The position numbers and the translations under genes were made by a program. A stretch of DNA of 64,000 nucleotides from NCBI RefSeq assembly GCF_006345805.1, contig NC_043009.1:70928001-70992000 (forward strand). The letters run 5' to 3'. Below the pieces are notes generated by a model. The model was not told the origin of the DNA and did not search any database. It was given only the letters and a program-made list of their open reading frames with translations. Of this stretch, positions 25,008 through 38,739 are shown piece by piece (within the stretch, counting starts at the first letter, position 1; the number at the start of each line of letters is the position of its first letter). This DNA comes from Octopus sinensis. Its lineage: Eukaryota.

Positions 25008-26298
25008 CGCGGGGATATCCAAAAGAAAACGAAGTTTTGCTTTATTATTTAATTCACTTGCTTTTACATGTTTAGGCTTCCATCGCATTCCAAGTATTCT
25101 CCATTTGCAGCCATGCAACGGTCCGGACGCGTTTCCCGCTGTCCGAGGCAGTCCAGGAACTCTTGTGAGGCCTTTTAACGCCTCCATTGGTAATTACTTC
25201 TTCACCTCTTCTGCATCTGCAAAACGTTTTCCTTTAAGGATTTTTTACATTCGGGGAAACAAAAAAACGTCGAAGGGAGCAAGATCGGCTGAATAGGGAG
25301 GGTGGGTAGGCGGGGGTTATGCCAATTTTGATCAGAAACCGTCTCACACTGAAGGCGGTGTGCGCAGGCGCATTGTTGTGATTAAACCATCACTTTCTAA
25401 TTTGCCACAGAAAACACTTTCCAGCATCCAAGTCAAATGTCTTCTTAACAATTTGACCCGGAAGAACAAATCGCCTGTTAACAATTCCTTTCTCATCGAT
25501 GAAACACTTCAGCATCTTCTTCACATTGGACTCGACGCGCTTTTAGCGGGGGGGGGGGCTGTGATATTGAAAGCTTCCATTGACTTGATTGCTGCTTCGA
25601 TTCCGAGTCACAGCCGAGGCACCAGCTTTCATCAGCAATTGTGGCCTTCGAAAAGCGATTCGGATCAACTTCCAACTATTGTTCTTTCAGTTTACGACAC
25701 GCATTCAGTCGTGGCTACTTTTCATCTTTCCTGAGAAATGAAGCACAAATTTTGCAGCATCTCTTTTCATTTACAATTCCTCATTCAAAACTCGACGTCA
25801 GGAGTTCCTGGACACAGCAGTCGTATCAACAAGTTTTTCAGTTGTTCGGCGATGGTCCTCCAAGATCAGTTCATGAGTTTTTGTGATGTTTTCATTCGTT
25901 CGGTCGCTCTGAACGAGGTTTGTCTTCAAGCAACAAGTGGCCAGTCCTAAAGCGTGAAAATCACTCTTAAACTTGTGTTTTGTTCATGGCAGCGTCCTTG
26001 TAAGCAGTTTGAAGCATGCCACCTGTTTCGACCGCCGCTTTCCCCAGCAGAAAACAGAATTTCAGGGAAACACGCTGTTCTTTCGATTCATCCATTGCAA
26101 AAATCGACAAACAAGGAACAAGCACGACAAAACAAAGACGCACCAAGTAGAGGTACGATTCTAGTAGACGATGCCTGTCGGCTGACTGATGCCTGAGGAT
26201 CGAATCAAGTGGCTTCTAGCAGCGAAATTCTAAACTACAACTAGCTTGCCCCATGGAGAGAGAGAGAGAGTTTCCGGTTAATTCTGGATACCCCTTCG
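25008..26298 (-). mobile_element. full-length, inactive mariner transposon
   Basis: About 1.29 kb with degenerate TIRs (CGCGGGGATATCCAAAAG vs reverse complement CGAAGGGGTATCCAGAAT) and TA at 26299. Broken transposase: EQRVSLKFCFLLGK, MLQTAYKDAAM, ATIADESWCLGCDSESKQQSSQW, HNNAPAHTA, YSADLAPFDVFLFP, LKGKRFADAEEVK. Confidence 0.88.
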
Positions 26299-26557
26299 TA
26301 GACAAATTCCAAACTCTAAACTGATACCACTTGTCTGCTTGTACATTCTGGTTTCCTTTCTCATTTCCATAAACCCACCCTAGAATAAACCATTTATAGC
26401 CATTCATTGATATTCACTGCTACAAACACCACTTTGTTTCAACCGCAATAAAGTTGAAGCTTTAGGTGGTAAACCAACCTGAGCAATCATCGTATTTACC
26501 TGTTACATTACATCATCAGACACAATTTTACCTGTACTCTTTCCCTCTTTTTCTGTT

Positions 26558-26590
<33 letters not shown>

Positions 26591-26639
26591 TCCCCTCTCT
26601 CTCTCCCCTTATATATATATATATATGCATATGTGTGTG

Positions 26640-26995
<356 letters not shown>

Positions 26996-29569
26996 CAACA
27001 TTCAGCTTGTCTATAACACGCTCACTTCACGGTATGAACGCTGTCAACCGTCGAGGAAGTATGGATTGTATGGTATTCTTCACCCTGGATTCTTCTATGA
27101 ACCAACAATCAGTCCAGAACCTTCAAGTAGAAGAAAATGAAGAGCAATGTAATCGCCTTCATCAGCTTACAGCTGTTTCGGATACAAGAATATGTGCATC
27201 CAGAGTTCAACTGTGTCATTCATACATCCGCCACACTCACACACATACATGCACGCACTCACACTCACACGCACACACACACACACGCACCCAAATACAA
27301 ACAAACAAACACACACACACGCTCAAATAGATATAAAGAATTAGAGAAAGTGAGCGAGTGAGATAAACACTCAAACACAAGCACCGATATATTTACACAG
27401 ATAGAAACACGTCACGTCTTCTCAACGTCGATGCAAATTAAATATGAAATGAATACGCTGAATTTAATGAAATTTAAATTTTAAAGATATGTTGTAGCAT
27501 ATAAAATATAATGTAATTTATAATATAGCATAAAATGTATCACATAACACATTGCATACAATTTTAAACGTATCATATATGGGATAATAGAATTGGAGTA
27601 AAACATGAAAGCGCCGCGCTGTAAAGGCATAAAAGAATTAAAATATATATTAAAATATATATGTGGTAGTAAAATAGAAAATATTGAATGAAATACCTAA
27701 TATGATATGAAATAATATATATGAAATAGAACATAGAAGCTATAAGATGGAAATAAAAATAAAAATATAACATTAAACACAATTGTGATATTGAAAATAG
27801 TAAAAATAATAACTTTAAAAAAATGAAAACTGATTTGATGTGTGGAGAATAACTATGTTTTTTATGACAGTTTTTTTTTAAATGATTTTGGAAAACATTT
27901 ATACAAAATGATATGTTTATAAAACGTGTTTCTTGTTAGTGGGTTGTTTATCTGGATCAAATGATTCTCAGCCGATCCTGATCCACTGAGGTAAGCTCGG
28001 ACTTTTTGTTTAAAATGAACAGCCAGAGTACAATATGTTGGATTTTAGTGTTGAAGAGAGACATAGGCTTCCTATGTTTTCTCTTAATGTATTTATGATG
28101 ATATGAACACTGTGTGTTTATATCAATGAATACAATTGTGCAGACGCATGCGTGTGGGTAAATTCGTGTAAATGTATGTGTATGTTTCTCTTTAGCCATG
28201 CATGTATATGTGTTTATGCATCTATACACATACATGTTCGTCAACGGGTATGTGGGAAAATGCGTGCTTGTGTACGTGTTTCTATGTATGTAATCCTTTT
28301 GCTATTTGGAAATGGCTTCTATATCTCCTAAACCTCAATTCGGTACATTGAGAACCTTTCCGGTTATTCAAGTCATTATCCTCTATTCGATCCCTGGTTG
28401 CATTGGTTGGGGTTTATAATGACTGACCAGATTCTGAAGATTATTTCTGTTTAGACCTGGATATAGAGTCTACTTGCCAGAAGAATATTATTTCTGGCTT
28501 ACATCACCGTTCAAAATGATTGATAGTAAGTTCACATTTATATATTATCAGGTGAAATGATCTTGGCCCCAGATAACAATACCTTATATACAATCTTTCC
28601 ACTGCAGGTGAAAGAAGTCTAGATATTCGAATGACAAGGAGCTCCGGGTTACGATCTCTTTACGGTAGAGAGGATAGGTGTGTGGCTTCTTGATTAAATT
28701 CTAATATGAGGGCTGCGATATTTTCTCCGCAATTCTAATTATGTACTTTATAGAAATATTCTGTTGCATTAGAAAAACATTAAAATTGCATAGAATGTTT
28801 ACTGTTTCTATTTTTGTCAGTATGTATAAAGTTTAAAATGTACATAAATCCAGAGAAGACAATTCTCAGGCAAAACTGAATCAGGCTATGTTCCATGAGA
28901 ATGTGTATTTACTAAAATGCAGCAGACTTATTAATAACACACAAATCAGGTTGGTTCTTAGTTTCTATACTTATAAGCAACAACCCTCTCTCTCTCTCTC
29001 TTCATATATATATAGCGATGTATATTCAAGAGCTCAAGGGTAGGTAAAGAATAATTATCTTTAAAACAAACCTGTAAGAGATTCTTAATAATTTTTTCTG
29101 TTTACAATAGGATGTTTTAACATCTTTTGCAATGCTCACAGGGAATGTTATCGAATAAATAACCGCAGGCTTATATGCAGGCTTACATGTTATACGCACA
29201 TGTATGCGTTTGTGTATGTGTGCGTGTGTTTGTATAGTTGTGCGTGTAACTGAATGTGTGTGTTGGTAATTTTGTATACTCGCATGGATGCATGAGTAAC
29301 AGTGCCAACAGACACAAACGCACGCGTTCACACACACACATATATATTTAGGTACATGAATACGTACACAGATAGGAAAATGGACACAGTTCTCGATTAC
29401 CGGTTAAAGTACTGTTGAAAAGTTGAATACCGAAACGAGTGAATGGGGAAAGAATACAGACAGAAAAAAAAACTATACACGCGTCTCTTCCTTTCTTTCT
29501 CTCTATATGCCATGTATACTTATAGTTATAGATACATACATACATATGCCATCATAGATCGCTAGCCAC

Positions 29570-29720
29570 TAGACCATTTCCTATTTTCTCTCCCTGTTTA
29601 TTTCTGTGTTCCTTTCTGTCGAAGAGCGTAAGCTCGAAACGTTAAAGACTTTTTCATTTCCCGAGTGTTATACTAATACATCTGTTTGTTGTCTACGCCA
29701 CCTGTCTTCGTCTTTTGTTG
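29570..29720 (+). mobile_element. short repeat family D with hammerhead-like motif
   Basis: Homologous to 20575-20765; followed by (TA)n. Confidence 0.7.
29612..29647 (+). ncRNA. minimal type I hammerhead-like motif, variant core CUGUCGA
   Basis: Stem I CTTT/AAAG, core CTGTCGA+A, stem II GAGC-GTAA-GCTC, GAAA, palindromic stem III ACGT, triplet GUU. Confidence 0.55.
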
Positions 29721-29737
29721 CTTTTTTGTGAATTCTC

Positions 29738-29782
<45 letters not shown>

Positions 29783-30299
29783 GTAATATTTATCGCCACT
29801 TAAACGTGAGTGTTCTCTGGGGAATGACGATGTTGCCTCCCACGAAGACATCTCCTTCAGCTGGTTTATTCAGTGCTCTGACGCACTCGACATTTATTGC
29901 AAGTATAGAGCGGTAATAAGTAAATGAGCTGATAAAGGAATGCAAAGGAATAAATGATTAGCTTATGAACTCCATTAGCTTAGAGCTGTTTCTGCCTTAA
30001 TTTGCAATGGAGTCATGGTCGAATGCCTGAGCAACACCTTCTGGTTTCAGCGGACTCTCGAATAGGAAGTGCAATTTACGTTGGAAAACAATTACTTTAA
30101 TGTATATAAACTTTACCAATGAGAATTCTCATTGGTAATGTTTCTTCCTATATATATGTGCATGAATAAAATTAAATAAAACCTTGAGGACAGAACACTT
30201 AATATCAGTAGAAGTTTATGCATGGTTACATAATGTTCATGCTACCGAAAGATAATATTGATTACAGGAAAAGTCGTTGCTCCCGCACAGGTGATAGTC

Positions 30300-30750
30300 A
30301 CATTACATTTCATGCAGAAGGCTAAGACTTTGCTATCCAGAAACAAAAAATTCTTCAAGTTATCTAATGAACAATATAGATAAGGATGCCTATATGTTTC
30401 ATTCTTATGGCGGAAAATGTCGCTAGAACATACCACAGTCGAAATTATCCCTCACATCATCAGCAGATGTTTAAGAATATCCGATATGCATTACCTTCCC
30501 TGGAGACATAACACTGTCGTTAAACTTATTTACAATTCTGCTCGCAAGAACAATTGTCCTGGCAGCCATATTATAAGTACACCAGAATCAGAACCAGAAT
30601 GTAGCCATAGAAGTAGAGAATAAGTGTAGAACATTCCCATTGGACGAGCCCAGGATAGACAAAATTGGCCGGATATTGTTATTTCTATTCGACAGGGTGC
30701 AAAATTTATGCGCGGTTGTAGTGATACATATAACACTTGCAACATCATTA
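30300..30750 (+). mobile_element. second restriction-like-endonuclease LINE remnant
   Basis: AEG*DFAIQ, KCR...EIIPHIISRCLRISDMHYLPWRHNTVVKLIYN, PDIVI. Confidence 0.65.
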
Positions 30751-31007
30751 AAAACGCACATAGATATGATATAGATATATTTTATATTACTGATGTGTAT
30801 TACTTGATAGGTAACGCTAGAATTATACTCTGAAGTAACAGTGGTAAAGTCACTACACTGAATAACTTACACTCTACTTCTTCTTTGATCACATTCCCCC
30901 CTCGTGCATGTAGATCCAATCTCAAGTACAACTCCTATCAAGCACAACTATTGTCAATCTCAAGCACACCTGTTATTAAATCACAACCACAGATGAATTT
31001 CAACTCA

Positions 31008-31067
31008 AGACGTACAATCGGACGAAGTGTCGCTAAGCATTTTGTCTGACGTGCTAACGATTCTCCC
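31008..31067 (-). mobile_element. SINE family A head fragment
   Basis: Reverse complement GGAGAATCGTTAGCACGTCAGACAAAATGCTTAGCGACACTTCGTCCG. Confidence 0.6.
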
Positions 31068-32084
31068 AAACCATCATTTTGAATTAATTTCAAATATAAA
31101 CAAAACTTCTAATCACACAAATTTAGTCGCATCTTAGTTTTCCACAGCATTAATTCTTTACTTCTTCATTATCGCTATTGGCACTTTTCGATATCTGTTT
31201 GTCTTATTGATATCGTCCATCGATAAATGCATTGATTTTTCTAAGGAATTCAAAACCTAATTGAGATTTCCAAACTTTTCTATGAAATAAATATGTATGA
31301 AATATATATATATTAAATATATATGAAATATATATACTTTTCTATGAAATATATATGTAGAGGGGAGCGGCTAAAAAATACTTTGTTCCCTGTGATGAGA
31401 CATGTTCACTGTTGAGAAACATTTTAATGTTTGGGGACGGAAAAATTTATTGAAACTGATGCGATTTTGTGTTTTTATGTATGAAACCAACATATATTGT
31501 GCAATAGGATTTCTTTATTGCGTAGATATTTGATAAAGATAAATGAATAATCGCTCTCTCTCCTCTACGGATTGCACCGACTCAACTGCCACAGAGTAAG
31601 GTTATATAAATAGAAAACAGGTAGGTTTCATTGTGAATCAATCAAATACTTTCTCAAAAGAATAAATAATTGGTAACTACAAAAGAGTCTGAAGTATTCT
31701 ATTAAGCAGGAGACTGGAGACATTGTCATTGCACAATATTTCCCAACAACAATTCCATACTGGTTTCTTTCTACTCAAGTGATCACATACTTCCGGAGAT
31801 CACATACTTCCGCAGATCACAGTTCCTACGAAATTCTCTAACTGTCAAACTGTCAAAAACAACTATCTTACACACTTGACTCACATCCACTTACACACAG
31901 CCAGGCATCACTCACACGCACACACATACGCATACGCACACACACACACACGCGCGCTCGCACACGCACAATGGCATGCAGACGTACATTAGATAGGATT
32001 GTATATGTGAGTATATTTTATAATAGCAATAACATGTATAACATATATTAATTGCATTTATCTAGGTTTGTTTGCGTTTAGGAA

Positions 32085-32099
32085 GATAGATAGATAGAC

Positions 32100-32190
<91 letters not shown>
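32085..32190. repeat. (GATA)n microsatellite
   Basis: Direct reading. Confidence 0.97.
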
Positions 32191-32191
<1 letters not shown>

Positions 32192-32353
32192 TGACAGGCA
32201 TACAAACATTTCGAAATATCGATCGGTCAATATATATATATATACATATATGTATGTATGTACATATACATCTACTATAGGAAAAAAATTCTCGTAAAAA
32301 CTTCTATCAATGGCCAGCATATTAAAAAATACCTTTAAAGGTTAAATTTATAA

Positions 32354-32697
32354 ACAACTTATAAACAAGGGCAAAAGAGGAAAATTCTAATGTCAAATAT
32401 GCCGAAAATAGACAAATCGTCAATAACCATATAATTTATCACTATAACCACACGTCACGAAGTAAGCCGACAGGAATTTCTAAAAAATTCCATTATCATC
32501 GTATTCGTCCCAATTTCAGAGTTAATTCATAAGAATTTCCTCCTCGTCAGCGATAAATACGGTAAGAAATAAATGAAATACTTACTTATACCCATGGAAG
32601 AAGCAAACCCTAAGTCATGAGCACAATTAAGTACCCCAAATATATCCCAAATAGAAATTTTCCAGCACCCTTTCTTTTGCCCTTGTTTATAAGTTGT
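32354..32697. mobile_element. 344-bp element bounded by perfect 25-bp inverted repeats, containing a decayed hammerhead on the minus strand
   Basis: ACAACTTATAAACAAGGGCAAAAGA (32354-32378) and its exact reverse complement (32673-32697). Confidence 0.7.
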
Positions 32698-32700
32698 ACG

Positions 32701-32918
<218 letters not shown>

Positions 32919-34189
32919 TAGATAATAGATATGCATGTAATTACATACAGACATGTGTGTTTGTGTGTTTATTAGCTTAATCTGGCGGAAGTGGTTATGC
33001 CCATAGCTTTCTCAGGCCATCTGAGATTAGCGCGATCGATGTGATTATCCTTCGTTTCAATTAATTAGAACTGATGGGAAAGCGGTTGTAGGATGAAGAA
33101 AAACATGATCCACCAAAGCTGTTCTCACAGAATTCAACATACAGATCCTAAAATCCAAAAAAATTTTAACTTTAGCACATTTGTTGGGTGCACAAGGTCA
33201 TAGGCACAACCTGTCCATCCTGGCTAAACAAAATAAATTCGTTTTGTAATTTTCTTTTTCTCACTCACAATTACATTCTCAAATAAGTTTTCTCCTTATC
33301 CACCTGTTTACCATTTAAAAGTTTTATACATTTATAACTAAACACTAGGTTAGTAAAGGTTTGGGGGACAGTATTTTTGTCCTTCTCTCGAAAACTAAAT
33401 TGTAAAATGCTAATATAAAGTCGTGACGTGGTCGACTTTATCATTGCTCTTCCTGCGTTTTCGCAAAACGTAATATTTAAGCTCTGAAGTCACTGGTAAT
33501 AGATTATATGTTTATCTTACATTTTATTTTACTTAATGTCAATGTTAGAAGTCAATATTCAACACGTAAAGTAAGACTGGATTGTGCAGAATGGAAGAAA
33601 AAGTGCGAGTAAGATAGACAGATGCCAGGCTTCGAAAATATGGTCGAAGATCTTAGCTGACAATGTCAATCCACAGCTGGAAGACATTCCAAAGTATATA
33701 TATCAATATTTTACATTTTGCGTAAAGGAAATTTCCATGATGTGATATGTATGCCTTTCTTTAAAGTATTACTAAAAGGAAACGATTTTAGCTTAAAATG
33801 GAAGCAAGTCCACTGAATCAGAGAACCACAAGATTGTGAACTTTGCTTATCTTCGTATCTGAAACACCAGTGGTGCATAGTGTCCTTGAGAGCATGTTTT
33901 CAATGCATAAGAACTGTTCAGCTCTCTTCAGTAATAAACTGGTAACGCGGTCAAACTAAATGGTTTGACCCGAGCAAAAGAAAAAATAGTGTAATAGGTG
34001 TAAAACAACATGTAGTAAACGAATATGAAAAAAATGCGCGCTGGCGAACGTGGGGTGTATATGCATACACACACATATGTCTGTGTGATTTGCATGCAAT
34101 GTACATATAGAGAGAATGGGCTAGAAATAATTATATATAAATATATATATATATATATATACATACGCACACATACATATATATATGTG

Positions 34190-35520
34190 TCTGAGTTTGC
34201 CTGAAATCACCCGACAACAGAAGCGTTACACCTCCTATTAGAGCCCGTCAGTCTCGGATGTCTTTCACGGCTCTATCTAATGCTTCCAAAGCTCCTTGCG
34301 AGCTCTGGTGTACTCCTCCCAGACGATTATATGATACCGTTTAAGTATCTGCCCCTGATCTGAGCTTTTACTGATGTTGCATAAAGGCATCTCGGATGCT
34401 GCTAAATTGAGAGGGAGTTTAAAAGTCGAGTGTACTGTCCTGCCACAGAGTAACAAAGTAGCTGCAATCCCAGAGGAAGCCACAGCTACCACGATGTCCT
34501 GGTACTGCCTAACTTTGCAAGGAGAAGCTTCGTAATAAATGTTTCTCCTGTCTCTCCAGAAGCATCGAGGAAGAAGATTCGTCCCTCGCGTTGGCGTACA
34601 CTGTTAAGAATAGTTCTGTAGACCTGCAGCTGGTCCGGAAGTAATTTAGGCTCGTTTTCAACATTGTACTTTGAAAGAGCTTGTGTGTTTACCCTCTGAC
34701 CTCATGCAGTAGTAGACGGAGGTAGAAGCACTCTTGTTGAGTGGGATGCACTGTGTATACTCACCCAAGGCAAGTGTCAAACTTAATGACAAGGTATCCA
34801 TGAACATTTTGATCTGCTTTCCTTGGGGCCCATTTTTATCCATTCCAAGTGTAGTACGATGGAATCTGTGGATACAGCAAGGTTTGAGCGAATGGATCAA
34901 CTTGACAAAGCTTGAAGAATGAAGTGAGCGAGCTATCCCTTGGTTCCTCTGCCAACAGAGAAGCATTAGCATCGATCATGTACACTCTTTGACCGTTTTC
35001 CAGGTGCACTGCCAGCTGTTGAATGGCGGGTGTCGTTGGTGAAGCGGAAAGCCAAAGATGCGCCAGAAAGCCTCGTTGCTACAAATGCACCGTCCCACCT
35101 GATAGTGCATCACCTCATCTTTGCAGTATTCTTGTTGAAGTCCAAACATCGCAGCGTCAGAACCCTTGTTCACATGCTTAGAAACGTACCTTGTGAACTT
35201 AACGGAGTTGCAAAACTCAACGTTGATGTGAGCATGGAAACGATTGGGCAGTAGGGAAGAATCCATCTATTATCAACCTCGTGCTGTCCAATAGTTGCTG
35301 TGAAACCGCACTTGTCTGAGTTTCTTGCAGGAATCTCCTTGGAAACCTTTTCGAACTTACGCTGTCTTTCAAGCATGGTGAGTTCATATTGAATCCACGC
35401 CCACATGGACAATGCACCATGTTTGCATTAACTATTTTGAATAGTACTTTGTGTAAAGCTGGATCAGGTAGCTCTGCAGAGGTTATCCTGTCAATGTCAG
35501 TGGATTTGATCTTCGTTGAG
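34190..35520 (-). mobile_element. Helitron Rep/helicase remnant
   Basis: Rep-region MVHCPCG, CSKRFP-like, VDNRWILPY, HAHINVEFCNSVK..YVSKHVNKGSD and SNEAFWRIFGFPLH; Pif1-type AVASSGIAATLL.GRTVHSTFKLPL, CNISK and IIVWEE. Confidence 0.88.
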
Positions 35521-35542
35521 AGTCAAAGCAGAATATGAGCAT

Positions 35543-35650
35543 TACAGGCTTACAAAGAATAAGTCCTGGGGTCGATTTGCTCGACTAAAGGCGGTGCTCC
35601 AGCATGGCCACAGTTAAATATCTGAAACAAATAAAAGAGTAAAAGAGTAT
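35543..35650 (-). mobile_element. SINE family B, 5' fragment
   Basis: Reverse complement ACTCTTTTACTCTTTTATTTGTTTCAG...TGTGGCCATGCTGGAGCACCGCCTTTAGTCGAGCAAATCGACCCCAGGACTTATTC. Confidence 0.85.
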
Positions 35651-36059
35651 ATGCAACCAAGGAAGTAGCATCACTCTTTATATTCGGCTTAAAGTTATGT
35701 ATATGTGCTAAAAATCTTTGTTTAAAGTTCATAGAGCTTATATATAACGTTGAGCCTTCTCCATTTGCCTTCTAAAGGGCATGGTTTTTTTTCTTTTTTA
35801 CATGTACAATATTTAGTTGTATGTTTCTGTTCGGTGGTATAAGATTTAATGGTATTATGATTATTTGTTATGGTGTGTGGTGTTATGTTTGAATTTGTTG
35901 TGGAATCATTTATAATAGAATTTGTATATTATTATTATTAGAACTTTTTAAATAATCATAGTTATTCTTTATATATTTATCTATTAATAAAATATTATTT
36001 ATATTATGGACGTATCTCTACTGTGATTTTTATGATATAATTTTTTTTACTTTTACGTT

Positions 36060-36394
36060 CTAATATATATATATATATATATACATATAGATCAATAAAT
36101 GGTGGGGTTGTACATATATATATATATGTATATATACATATACATATATATACATATAAATATACATATCTATATATATATTTATATTTATATATCCATA
36201 TATATAATTATAATTATATATACATATATGTATAAATATATATATTTATATTTATATATATATATACATATTTATATATACAATATATAGATATGTATAT
36301 ATATATATATATATACATATATAGATATGTATATATATACAATATATAGATATGTATATATATATATATTATATATATATATATATATATGTAT

Positions 36395-36435
<41 letters not shown>
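36060..36435. repeat. degenerate (TA)n tract
   Basis: Direct reading. Confidence 0.93.
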
Positions 36436-36436
<1 letters not shown>

Positions 36437-36649
36437 TCTTTTATCTTTTATTTGTTTCAGTCATATGACTGTGGCCATGCTAGAGCACCGCCTTTGGTCG
36501 AGCAAATCGACCCTAGGACTTATTGTTTGTAAGCCTAGTACTTATTTTATCGGTATCTTTTGCCGAACCGCTAAGTTACGGGGACGTAAACACACCAGCG
36601 TCGGTTGTCAAGAGATGTTGGGGGGACAAACACAGACACAGAAACATGT

Positions 36650-36722
<73 letters not shown>

Positions 36723-36880
36723 TACGGCGGGCTTCTTTCAGTTTCCGTCTACCAAATTCACTCACAAGGCTTTGGTCGGCCCGAAGCTATAGTAGAAGAC
36801 ACTTGGCCAAGGTGCTACGCAATGGGACTGAATCCGGAATCATGTGGTTCGTAAGCAACCTACTTACCACACAGCCACTC
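36435..36880 (+). mobile_element. SINE family B, full length, internal (TA)n
   Basis: Colinear with 24010-24465. Confidence 0.9.
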
Positions 36881-38739
36881 CTATATGTATATAGACGACG
36901 GGCTACGTTCAGTTTTCATCTTCCAAATCCGATATGGACATCGGCAACATTCGTCAGTTTCTTGAAAGTGGGTTCATAAGCCCGAAATACTGAATGCAAG
37001 GTAAGTCTACATTAATTCATATACAAGTTCATTTCCGTAATATATGTATATACTCAGAAATACTAAATTTCTAAATATCTCGTAGAGACATGTACGGTGG
37101 TAGGGCGATAGAATGGTTGTATACTGTCAATCTAACACGAACGTGACAGTAGGGGGTACACCACCGCTGTTTAGCCCTAGGAAGCATCGACGCCTCCTGA
37201 TGGCTTTGACACATTTTTTTTCCTGTGTCCTTATATACATTTACGAAGGGGAGTGTTTGGCATGATAACAACAAACTTACGTTAAATTGAAAGATTAAGC
37301 AAAACATTTGGCAGAGCACGAATTTAGTTTTCTTAAACAAGAATAGCGTGATTCCGAAGATTCAACCAGCTGATCCGTCATCAGCTGACCTGTGCAGGCC
37401 GAAACTTTGTGACGGTCAATACAATTCGTTTTCAAGAATAACACACACACGCACGCATACACACATGAGTGTATGAGTGTCCCTGTGTGTGTGTGTCAGT
37501 CTGTCTGCGCGCATATGTGTGTCTGAATGTATACTCATCTATTTGTGTCTGTTAACAATTATATGGTTCAGCCACTTAGAAGAAACAACTAAATGTGCGA
37601 AGTTAAAGTTTCCAAGTGTTTCATCCAAAACAATGTTTCCAACAAAATACCTACTTTGTTAGACACATCATTACAGATATAACATAGATGTAGACACACA
37701 GATATATACAAACACGCAAAGATATATACACACACACACACATATATATACGCACACACACACACATATGTATATATTTGAATAAAATATTAATAAATAT
37801 GTCTCTCAATGCACCAAGAAAATATTACCACGAACGGTCGGCCTCAGACAAGAGAAAAGCAAAAGTTTTGCTTTTTTTTCTCTGAAAGTGACATAAATCA
37901 TTAACGGATATTGCAAGACTTCAACAACAAAAATACAAACATTACATTGATAAAATGGAGGAAGATTCAAAGTAAGAAAGAGAATGCTTTTAAAATGGCG
38001 TTGGCAAAATGATTTTGACACTATGAAAAGATGAGAATTATATTTTCCGCCGTACATTTCAGAATGCTAGTTACATTTTTTTTCATTTTTCTCTTCTTTT
38101 GTTTTTGGTACGTCAAGTCATATATATTTGTGTGTGTGTTTGTGTGGTTGTGCAAGTGGAGTTTAGGTGTGTGAGTGCGTGTGTGCATGTATGCGTCCGC
38201 GCGTGCATGTGCACGTGTGTGTCTGTGTGTGTCTGAAAGAGAAACAGTGAGAGCGTGTGTGTTTACTTCTTTAGGTATATAATGTAAATATATATTTGCC
38301 GGTATATATCTATACTGTACAAACATATGTACATACACACATTTATAAATGTATATGTACACACACAAACATACACGCACACATACACACATATATAAGG
38401 AGAGAGAGAGATACGGGGATGAATGTGAGGGAGAGACGTGGGTGAGTGAGATTTATATTTTTAATCACAGTATACTCTAAATAATTAATTGGTTGATTAC
38501 TATTTTTAAACATACACACACATGTTTATGTGTATAATATATTTTATATGTATTTATGTGAAAGTGTGTGTGTGTGTGCACGTGTTAAAATGTATGCACG
38601 ATCATGTTTCCTTTGAATGCTATTATCACCACCTTCGCTCGAAAAATGTTTTGCCTTTGATATCGAAAACAATGGACATGTTTCGTGTCCTTAGCATGTC
38701 GACTGCCCAACATAATGAACAAGCAATTAGCTTTTAAAC

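Noticed and set aside
31780-31825. 17-bp tandem repeat GATCACATACTTCCG(G/C)A, about 2.5 copies
   Set aside because: A simple local duplication with no spacers; no CRISPR-like array exists anywhere in the window.
33577-33813. About 78 open codons on + (DWIVQNGRK...)
   Set aside because: No start, no pyrimidine-rich acceptor and no recognisable motif.
33895-33930. Minus-strand CTGAAGA plus hairpin plus later GAAA
   Set aside because: Nine extra nucleotides lie before GAAA and there is no stem I or III; not a hammerhead.
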